Source: a virus
Lineage: Duplodnaviria > Caudoviricetes
Length of the DNA: 31,626 bases
IMG/VR virus record: IMGVR_UViG_3300049594_000068
Location: 1-31,626 of that record
Direction: 5' to 3' (one strand)
The position numbers were made by a program, and so were the translations under genes. Of this stretch, positions 1 through 6,654 are shown piece after piece. Below the pieces are notes generated by a model. The model made no database searches. It saw nothing but the letters and a program-made list of their open reading frames with translations, and was not told the DNA's origin. Each line of letters begins with the position of its first letter. Position 1 is the stretch's first letter.

Positions 1-44
1 CCACCGGTAATTGTGACTTGACCTGCTCTACCGTAAACCGCCAT
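1..44 (-). CDS. 5' part of the HK97 gp10-like neck/tail-completion gene that continues at 31618..31144 across the circular junction
   Basis: ATG at 44 gives MAVYGRAGQVTITG. It joins in frame through the 8-nt terminal overlap to GNDAIEIVGIASFLRDAAKADERFNTEMRKAAQ (172 aa total). Confidence 0.8.
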   Translation of the reverse strand, partial: MAVYGRAGQVTITG

Positions 45-56
45 ACAGCAAGACTA
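45..56 (-). promoter_or_regulatory. putative leaderless -10 element (TAGTCT-N6-ATG)
   Basis: Minus strand reads TAGTCT tgctgt ATG with no SD. The same spacing recurs at several late genes. Confidence 0.45.
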
Positions 57-203
57 CTTGTTTAGATGAATTGCTCTCCAACGCAAATAAGCAAACATTG
101 TGAACAACATTCGAGGGTCTTCTGCCAGCAACACCGAAGGAGCGATACCTGTCTCAACAGACAGATACGCAATCATCCAATGGGCTGACTGATCTCCAAA
201 GGG
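54..203 (-). CDS. tail assembly chaperone, -1 frameshift extension (gpGT-like)
   Basis: Slippery heptamer C CCT TTG at 203..197. The -1 frame is open for 48 codons (FGDQSAHWMIAYLSVETGIAPSVLLAEDPRMLFTMFAYLRWRAIHLNK) to TAG at 54. Confidence 0.75.
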   Translation of the reverse strand, partial: PFGDQSAHWMIAYLSVETGIAPSVLLAEDPRMLFTMFAYLRWRAIHLNK

Positions 204-463
204 ACGATCACAGCGTCAGCTTGGTTACCCAACTCCAATGCTTCAATCTCGTTAATCCATGAATCAAAATCTAAACCTGTGCGCTTCGTGCGATGTTCAG
301 AATGCCAAGCCAAGAAACCTAAATCGGTGAGAGTTAGTTCGGCCTCAAACTTTGCAACGCTCTTGCTGAACTTCTGTTCAAAGGCGATGAAGTCTGGGAA
401 CGCAGCAATAATGGTGCGCTTTGATTGATCCAATGACGACGTTACTTCTAACGCTATTTTCAT
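173..463 (-). CDS. tail assembly chaperone (gpG-like)
   Basis: 96 aa directly after the major tail gene, SD GGAGG, X XXY YYZ slippery site near its 3' end. Confidence 0.75.
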   Translation of the reverse strand: MKIALEVTSSLDQSKRTIIAAFPDFIAFEQKFSKSVAKFEAELTLTDLGFLAWHSEHRTKRTGLDFDSWINEIEALELGNQADAVIVPLEISQPIG

Positions 464-498
464 TTTTCCTCCGCAGGGTTAAGGTTTAACTAGAAAAG

Positions 499-924
499 TT
501 ATGCGCCAGTACCGGTCTTAGTTACTGCACCATCGATTGGATAGGTGACCGATGCGGTAGCAAGATCGCCAACAGCACCAGCAACAGGAGTCCAAGTCAA
601 AGGAAGCACATTGAATGCGTACTGTGGATTGCTTGAAGAAGCAGCACCAGTACCGTTCGGCTTGACTGTCACAGGTACAGCAGTACCAGCGTTCCAAGCG
701 TCGTAGAACAACTTCTCAATCGTTGGGTAATCCTGATGCAACTCAAGTGTGATCGAGTTGTCTGCGAGACCTGCGATGCGAGTTACTGCACCAGATGAAC
801 CGAATGAAGTTGTAGCAACTTCAGCCTTTGACAGGTTCAAGGTTACTGATGCGACATACGAGGTGATGTCTGTGTTCGCCGTGCCGAAGGTGACCGCTAC
901 GTTTGTGAGAACTTGCTTTGCCAT
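499..924 (-). CDS. major tail (tube) protein
   Basis: 141 aa, beta-rich, with tail-tube-like patterns (DITSYVASVTL, TTSFG, GLADNSITLE, GAVGDLAT). SD AGGAG. Sits between terminator and chaperone. Confidence 0.85.
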   Translation of the reverse strand: MAKQVLTNVAVTFGTANTDITSYVASVTLNLSKAEVATTSFGSSGAVTRIAGLADNSITLELHQDYPTIEKLFYDAWNAGTAVPVTVKPNGTGAASSSNPQYAFNVLPLTWTPVAGAVGDLATASVTYPIDGAVTKTGTGA

Positions 925-936
925 ATTTGATACTCC

Positions 937-998
937 TGCCTCACGGCACTCGAAGATTAACTAATAAAACTCTACACGCCAGCAGGACGACGAATCAA
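937..998 (-). promoter_or_regulatory. putative promoter and 5' leader hairpin of the major tail gene
   Basis: TTGATT(998-993)-18 nt-TAGAGT(974-969). GNRA-capped hairpin UGCC-GUGA-GGCA (948-937) abuts the SD. Confidence 0.45.
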
Positions 999-1002
999 CA
1001 GA

Positions 1003-1410
1003 CTAAGCGTACACCACCACACGGAAGTCAACCATCAGATAGGTCGTGTCGTTGCCATCCATCGTGGAGATATTTGAAGCAGACTCAACCAACAGATTTG
1101 ACACCACCCCACCCAAAGACCGGTCAGCCTCCAACGCTGCACGAACTGAAGTCGTACCCTCATAAGACAGGAACCCATCCAAAGCAGTCTGAGCGGTACG
1201 CTCCGCAGACCTACCGACAACCACAGACACCACGAAAATATGGGTCACTAACCCACCACGCATAGCCCCGTTGTAAGTGATTGAATCCAACATAGGCCAA
1301 GCGAACGGAGCGTTCAGATTGTCTGGTTGCTGTGCGTAAGCCCGCAAACCTGGAATGGTTGCTAAAGCGTTAGCGAGACCAGTCTTGATTTCTGTGACTG
1401 AGTAGCTCAT
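1003..1410 (-). CDS. tail terminator / tail completion protein
   Basis: 135 aa immediately upstream of the major tail gene. Pattern LATIPGLR...SVRAALEADRSLGG is typical of actinophage tail terminators. Confidence 0.7.
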   Translation of the reverse strand: MSYSVTEIKTGLANALATIPGLRAYAQQPDNLNAPFAWPMLDSITYNGAMRGGLVTHIFVVSVVVGRSAERTAQTALDGFLSYEGTTSVRAALEADRSLGGVVSNLLVESASNISTMDGNDTTYLMVDFRVVVYA

Positions 1411-2030
1411 GCAAATATCCGCATACGACGATACGGTTCAACCAGCTGAGCCATATCAGGGTCAAGGTATCGAGATACACGGATCGCACCCAAGTCACCG
1501 AAGCCTGCCACGCCAAGTGGCGAGTCGTAGCGTTTGAAGATGCGTGAAGCCTGAATGATCGTTGCCTGCGTTACAGGCTCCGGCACTTCAGGCCAACCGA
1601 ACACAGCAGTCACCTGAACCAAAGCCTGCTCACCATAGTTCGCATTAACTGTAGGGAACAGGTAATCGCCAACAGCACGAATCTTGTCGTAACTCCACGT
1701 CAATCCGTCAAGGTTTCCGTTCAATGGTTCAAGCTGGTAGTCCGATACTTTCCATGTCACGTCAAAAGTTCCGTCAGATTGTGACGATGTTCTGAGTGTC
1801 AATGCTGTTCCAGCGATGTCATCAATGGAGCAGTAGAACGAATCCTCTGCCTGATACACACGGGATGCAGTACCAGCAGACCAGAAGCGACGGTTGCAAT
1901 ATCCGTCAATGAGGCGTGACGCTGCACCAACACAGTTGTCAATTAGGTCGTCGTCAATGGTGTCAGCCGTTCCGATGCGGAGAGCTGCCTTAACTTGGTT
2001 TCTGGTTGCGTAGCCATTGGTGATCGTCAT
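1407..2030 (-). CDS. head-to-tail adaptor (gp6/gp15-like)
   Basis: N-terminal YAT..QVKAAL....DD.LI......ASRLIDGYCNRRF and C-terminal GWPEVPEPVTQATIIQA...LVEPYRR. Confidence 0.85.
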   Translation of the reverse strand: MTITNGYATRNQVKAALRIGTADTIDDDLIDNCVGAASRLIDGYCNRRFWSAGTASRVYQAEDSFYCSIDDIAGTALTLRTSSQSDGTFDVTWKVSDYQLEPLNGNLDGLTWSYDKIRAVGDYLFPTVNANYGEQALVQVTAVFGWPEVPEPVTQATIIQASRIFKRYDSPLGVAGFGDLGAIRVSRYLDPDMAQLVEPYRRMRIFA

Positions 2031-2042
2031 GGTGTTCCGATT

Positions 2043-2708
2043 CTAGTTGATTGACGCTGCACCACGATACGGCACACCCTCAAGGGAATAGTTCACGAAC
2101 GGATTCAACGAATACACCTGACATGAATACACATCCCACAACCGTTGCTTCATCGCTCGAAGGTGCATCTCATACAAAGCCCAATGCGAATCACCAGGCA
2201 CATAACCGTCAACCCTGTCACGCCCACCCAACGAACCACAGTCAGCCCCAACCAACACAATGAACTTCGCCCCCATGTGCGCTGCCAAGTGCATCGCCCC
2301 ATGAATGCTCGAAGACCCGATAGTCAACTGCCCTGACAACACAGGCCAATCCTTACCGTGTGGATCAAACGATGTCCCAGGTCTACCGGTACGAGTACCG
2401 AACGTGGTCAGATTCCCAGCACACCCAGCAAACACCCCATCGGTACCATGCTCACGCTCAGGAGTAAACGCCCCAATACAATCCTCACGCTTCGCCTCAT
2501 GCTGAGCGTCTTCGTGATAATGACTGAAACAGTAGTAACCCTTCAACCCAAATACTGAGCCAACGAAGTTGACTGCGATGGTTACCTTGTCGTCAAAGAA
2601 GTCTGGTGTTAGATAGTCGAGTGTTGCTCCTGAGCCGAGAACATAGATGGTCTCGCCTTCATGGAGATTCTCGTAGTCGTCCATTGGGTCATATTCTCTT
2701 AGTCCCAT
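2043..2708 (-). CDS. Maf/DUF115 (sialyltransferase-like Rossmann) glycosyltransferase
   Basis: GETIYVLGSGATL...IAVN and SS...AMHLAAHMGAKFIVLVGADC motifs. The start at MGLREY (2708) overlaps the end of the GT2 gene. Confidence 0.65.
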   Translation of the reverse strand: MGLREYDPMDDYENLHEGETIYVLGSGATLDYLTPDFFDDKVTIAVNFVGSVFGLKGYYCFSHYHEDAQHEAKREDCIGAFTPEREHGTDGVFAGCAGNLTTFGTRTGRPGTSFDPHGKDWPVLSGQLTIGSSSIHGAMHLAAHMGAKFIVLVGADCGSLGGRDRVDGYVPGDSHWALYEMHLRAMKQRLWDVYSCQVYSLNPFVNYSLEGVPYRGAASIN

Positions 2709-3364
2709 CCGAGTTCCCTTCGTCGTGTTAAGTCCCAATGTCCGGCATCAGGTAGACCTGATTGCCAGCGCATCAAATGAAGTGCAGCATTGGATGCAAA
2801 GCTCTTTGCGTTACGTTCTTCTAACTCTGATGCAGATTTAATCGTAGAAGAATTGTCGTGAACTATCCCAGCATCCGAAGACCAGAACTGCACGTTGACC
2901 CGTTTCGCACGTTCCTCAAAATCGTTGTCCTCAAAATAGGCGGGGACATAACACTCGCTGAACAACCCGACTTTGGCAACCACCTCAGACCCAATCCACG
3001 CACAACACCAACCAGGCTTCGCCTCAGTCAACGTCACCGAATCAGGTTTGCAATCGTTGTAGAAAACCTCTAACTGTCCAGGCTCAAAGTATGCGTCAGA
3101 GTTCAGGATTATCCAGCCGTCAGCGTGTGGGGTTGCTTTGATACCGAGGTTCCATGATGGGGCGACACCGAGGTTCGTTGGCATTGACCAGACGTGATAG
3201 TTCTTGACATGGCGACGGTCAATCACCCAAGGCCAATCATGCAACGTGGACTGCCCACCGTTGTCAATCACGATGAGTGTCTCCACCGGATAGTCGATGG
3301 ATTGCAGGCAGCGTTCTAGTAGGTCATACCTGTTTAAGACGGGGACGATGATGACAGGAACCAT
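2699..3364 (-). CDS. glycosyltransferase family 2 (GT-A fold)
   Basis: IIVPVLNRYDLLERCLQSI, IVIDNG, NLGVAPSWNLG, LNSD (DxD-like), G.F.E...PAYFEDND. Confidence 0.9.
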   Translation of the reverse strand: MVPVIIVPVLNRYDLLERCLQSIDYPVETLIVIDNGGQSTLHDWPWVIDRRHVKNYHVWSMPTNLGVAPSWNLGIKATPHADGWIILNSDAYFEPGQLEVFYNDCKPDSVTLTEAKPGWCCAWIGSEVVAKVGLFSECYVPAYFEDNDFEERAKRVNVQFWSSDAGIVHDNSSTIKSASELEERNAKSFASNAALHLMRWQSGLPDAGHWDLTRRRELGWD

Positions 3365-3834
3365 CAATTTTGTTTTCTCAAATATGCAGATGCTTTATCC
3401 AATATTTCTGGATTGTCATTTAATAGCCCTATCGCTCTATTGCATTTTGTGCAAAGTAGTCCTCTAACTTTTCCAGTTGAATGACAATGGTCAACTGCTA
3501 GACGACGTTTTGTACCTTTATCGATTACTGTTTCTGGCAAATTACAAATAGCGCATACTCCATTTTGTTTGTCAAAAATAATTTCCCATTCTTGAATGCT
3601 GAGTCCATATTGACGCAAACCCTTTTTACGAGTTGTCTCTTTGTATTTAATGGGGTTTTGTTGTCTCCAAGATCGGTAATTCTTTACCCCAAAAGTAGGA
3701 TTATTTTTACGCCATTCAGCCTGGTCATGTTTGCAGCATTCTCGGCAATATGTATTTAACCCGTCTCTGGATTTTGCTTTTTTATTAAAAGCACAAAAGT
3801 CTTTTAAGACTTTGCATTTAGTACACTTTTTCAA
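3364..3834 (-). CDS. endonuclease VII-family (HNH-type) free-standing homing endonuclease
   Basis: N-terminal CTKC..CREC Zn finger and C-terminal Q.G.CAIC...LAVDHCH.TG.VRGLLC..CN. Markedly AT-rich compared with its neighbours. TTG start. Confidence 0.85.
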   Translation of the reverse strand: MKKCTKCKVLKDFCAFNKKAKSRDGLNTYCRECCKHDQAEWRKNNPTFGVKNYRSWRQQNPIKYKETTRKKGLRQYGLSIQEWEIIFDKQNGVCAICNLPETVIDKGTKRRLAVDHCHSTGKVRGLLCTKCNRAIGLLNDNPEILDKASAYLRKQN

Positions 3835-3840
3835 ATGGGG

Positions 3841-3911
3841 CGACCTTCCTGTCGTTCAGACCCTCGGCAGCTCTAACTGTGCGAGGGCATTTTCTTTTGG
3901 CAAGTTTACCA
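3841..3911 (-). promoter_or_regulatory. promoter and structured leader of the endonuclease gene
   Basis: Extended -10 TGG-TAAACT (3911-3903), hairpin CCCUCG..CAG-UUAGAG-CUG..CGAGGG (3887-3861), and a small stem CGAC-AGGAAG-GUCG around the SD. Confidence 0.5.
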
Positions 3912-5207
3912 TTATGAGTTTTTGCACCATTCGGTTAGTTCTTTCATGATTGGCTTCCAGTAAGCCTCATACACGCTGTCAGCCCTATATTGGCTAGCAA
4001 AGGCCACAGCCTCGTCGGACACGCCACGTGGGGCTTCGTAGGCCTCAATCAGGGCATCTACGATTGATGGCACCTGAGGGGTACAGAACCACGACTTCTG
4101 ATGGCTATCCCAGAACGGTTGGATCGCTACAGCTGACCCAACGCCAACCAGTTCAGGTTGAGCGGTGTAGTCCGAAACGATGACCCGTGTACCGCAAGCC
4201 TGAGCCTCGATAACAGGGATACCGAAACCCTCACCCATCGAGCAAGCCAACAGCACATCCGAAGCGGTGTACAGCGCAGCCAACGCTTGCTGAGGGAAAC
4301 CAGTCCGATACGCATACGGGTCAACAATCTTGTACTGCTCAGGCTTCACACCACACGCCTCCAGCAGATGCACAAGATTGATACCACCCATCGCACCATC
4401 ACGTTCAGTATGCAAATACAGCAAAGCATCAGGACGGTTTTGAGCAAAGATTGCGAACGCCAGAATGTTCTCACCAAAGGATTTGCGTGAAGGGTTCTGA
4501 CCTTTGTTCGCAGCGTTCATCATCACAACAAACCTGTCCTCATCAACTTCCATGAGTTGTCTGCCGGTGAACTCACCCCGACCATTACTCAACTTCTGTG
4601 TAGGAACGAACACATCCTCAAACGCATGAGGCGCATACATCGCATCCACACCCGCATTCTGCAACATCTCCAAACCAAACTTAGACATCGCAATCGGTTT
4701 CACATTCGGACGCTTACACCAATCAATCACAGCAGGCGGGCAAGGCGCATGGTCAATAGGAACCCACGAAGCGATATTCGGAACCTGATCCAACGATGGT
4801 GACTTCAACACCCACACATCAAACAACGTCATCAACATCGCAGGAATATCACGATTGCCATTAGCCCAATCCATCCAATGCGCAACAAGCACATCATCGG
4901 AATATGGTGACATTCCTCTTGGGTAAAGCTTTATCCCATTCCAAATAGAAGCCATGCCTTCAATGCCGTACATCGCATGGATTGCTACTTCGTGGTTTTG
5001 GGTGAGCCTTTGGACGACTTGCGCTGTTTGGGTTCCGTACCCTGTTGGGGCGAACGGGGCGTTCGAGTACCAGAGGATTCGTAACGATTCGGCAGAGGAA
5101 GGTCTGCTTGCTCTGGCAAATTGGCTACTCCCCACCGGAGCAATATCTCTGCTTCCAGGTCTGGTAGTTCTACCGGTGTGTTTTTGATTATGACGAGCAT
5201 TCGGCAC
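3912..5207 (-). CDS. glycosyltransferase family 4 (GT-B fold)
   Basis: RILWYSNAP..PTGYG, N...RK, YTASDVLL..S.GEGFGIPVIEAQACG..VI signature. GTG start with SD AAGGAG. Confidence 0.9.
   Translation of the reverse strand: MPNARHNQKHTGRTTRPGSRDIAPVGSSQFARASRPSSAESLRILWYSNAPFAPTGYGTQTAQVVQRLTQNHEVAIHAMYGIEGMASIWNGIKLYPRGMSPYSDDVLVAHWMDWANGNRDIPAMLMTLFDVWVLKSPSLDQVPNIASWVPIDHAPCPPAVIDWCKRPNVKPIAMSKFGLEMLQNAGVDAMYAPHAFEDVFVPTQKLSNGRGEFTGRQLMEVDEDRFVVMMNAANKGQNPSRKSFGENILAFAIFAQNRPDALLYLHTERDGAMGGINLVHLLEACGVKPEQYKIVDPYAYRTGFPQQALAALYTASDVLLACSMGEGFGIPVIEAQACGTRVIVSDYTAQPELVGVGSAVAIQPFWDSHQKSWFCTPQVPSIVDALIEAYEAPRGVSDEAVAFASQYRADSVYEAYWKPIMKELTEWCKNS
4985..5200 (-). CDS. small post-capsid protein overprinted on the GT4 5' end
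   Basis: 71 aa MLVIIKNTPVELPDLEAEILLRWGVA... with a basic tail. Resembles small proteins that follow siphovirus capsid genes. Different frame from GT4. Confidence 0.55.
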   Translation of the reverse strand: MLVIIKNTPVELPDLEAEILLRWGVANLPEQADLPLPNRYESSGTRTPRSPQQGTEPKQRKSSKGSPKTTK

Positions 5208-5233
5208 CGTCTTCTCCTTCGCAGGTCGCAGGG

Positions 5234-5305
5234 GGAAAATGAATGAGGGTAGGTCGCCCTGCGTGTTCGACCTACCCTCAAACTTACACCGATATTGCTA
5301 TCGGT
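5234..5305 (-). terminator. double hairpin downstream of the capsid gene (terminator/attenuator-like)
   Basis: 7-bp stem with GCAA loop (5305-5288), then a perfect 13-bp stem (5280-5268/5256-5244) followed by UUCAUUUUC. Confidence 0.65.
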
Positions 5306-5319
5306 TGCACTACCTCAAC

Positions 5320-6498
5320 TTATGGTTGGAGGAGGTGCTTGATGTGTGATGTCTGTGGCAAATCGCCGTCGACACGGAATGTCGCACGGAACGTGACGAG
5401 ACCAGCATTGAATGCGAAGTCATCGGAACGATCCAAACGAAGACCGCCCACCGTGCGTACGAAGTACGAAGGTAGGTGACCGAAGATGACCGACTTGGTG
5501 CCAGTTGCTACGTCTGCCATTGAAGGGTTTTCGTAGATTGGCTTGCCGAGCAACATGTCACGTGCGTCTGCTGAGAGACTTGGCTGGAACACATAGTTTC
5601 CTGCGGTGTCCTTCAACTTGCGAACTTGACCGATTGACTTGCCGTTCATCATGAAGCCACAACCTGGGAGCAGACGAGCTGCACCATCAAGGCTGTAAAC
5701 AAGGTCGATGAGGTTGTCTGCGGTGAATGCAGTTGCGGTGCCTGCGGTACCACCAACGGACGATGCCGTGACGATTCCGTTTGCGGTGTCCGTACCTGAA
5801 CCAACAGTCAATGCTGAACCAACTGCGAATCCGAGTGCGTTACCAACCTGGTCACCCAAGAATGACAACATGTCAACGCCAGAGTCTTCAAGCAGTTCGG
5901 TTGAAACCTGCGTGATGAAGCTGAACTTGAATGCTGACAAGGTGATGAACGAGTTGAATACAGGATCGGATTCTCCGATTGCTGAACCTTCGCCAGTTAC
6001 CGTTCCAACCGAGTAGGTCGACAACGATGGGATTTGAAGGTTTTCGCCACCTGCCGTGTTCAACACAGTTGAAGTCTCAAGTACTGGTGCGGTCAAACGT
6101 GCTCGCATGATTACTTGGTCGTAGAACGATGTTGGAACTGGTGAACCTGTGCTTGACTTCAAGATGTCACGCTTCTCGAATGAATGGCTGCGCTTCTCAC
6201 CTGTGAACAATGAACGAAGACTTGTGAGGTCATCGTTTACTGGAGCACCGGCAACAGGACGAACCTGGTCGGCGATTTCACGGGTTGCTGAGTCCATACG
6301 CAATTCACGAGCTTCGTCTTCACGAAGCTTCGAGATGGTCTGTGCTCGCTCATCCAATTCCTTCGAGATTCGCTCGTAGGTTTGGGTTTCTTCTGCTGAG
6401 AGGTCACGCTTCTCTGCGGTGGCCTTGTCCAAGATTGCCTTGGCTTCGTTCCATGCACGATTGCGAATCTCAACCTGACGGTCAATGTATTCTTTCAT
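5320..6498 (-). CDS. major capsid protein, HK97 fold, with N-terminal delta (scaffold) domain
   Basis: Coiled-coil N-terminus, VPTSF, V.EG.AI.ESDP.F..ITL.AFK, VSTELLEDS, LKDTAGNY, LLGKPI, RVDG. Confidence 0.95.
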   Translation of the reverse strand: MKEYIDRQVEIRNRAWNEAKAILDKATAEKRDLSAEETQTYERISKELDERAQTISKLREDEARELRMDSATREIADQVRPVAGAPVNDDLTSLRSLFTGEKRSHSFEKRDILKSSTGSPVPTSFYDQVIMRARLTAPVLETSTVLNTAGGENLQIPSLSTYSVGTVTGEGSAIGESDPVFNSFITLSAFKFSFITQVSTELLEDSGVDMLSFLGDQVGNALGFAVGSALTVGSGTDTANGIVTASSVGGTAGTATAFTADNLIDLVYSLDGAARLLPGCGFMMNGKSIGQVRKLKDTAGNYVFQPSLSADARDMLLGKPIYENPSMADVATGTKSVIFGHLPSYFVRTVGGLRLDRSDDFAFNAGLVTFRATFRVDGDLPQTSHIKHLLQP

Positions 6499-6511
6499 GA
6501 TGTTTTCCTTC

Positions 6512-6615
6512 TCCCCGTAGGGATGATGTTGTTGTTTGGATACGCAGGAAATTAACTTAAACCTGGTACGGCTCCGTACACAGCAACATCGAAGGTGGCT
6601 CCACTCATTCGACGC
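6512..6615 (-). promoter_or_regulatory. structured 5' UTR of the capsid gene
   Basis: Two hairpins capped by G-GAGC-C (6615-6586, 6583-6563) and a C-UACG-G tetraloop hairpin (6523-6512) next to the SD. Confidence 0.6.
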
Positions 6616-6625
6616 AGTAACGAAA

Positions 6626-6654
6626 AGGTTACTAGAAGTTCTTTAGCAATTCAA
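6626..6654 (-). promoter_or_regulatory. putative capsid promoter
   Basis: TTGAAT(6654-6649)-17 nt-TAACCT(6631-6626). Confidence 0.5.

Noticed and set aside
3364-3911. Group I intron carrying the endonuclease
   Set aside because: Only about 77 nt of non-coding flank is present, too little for a ribozyme core, and both neighbouring genes are intact.
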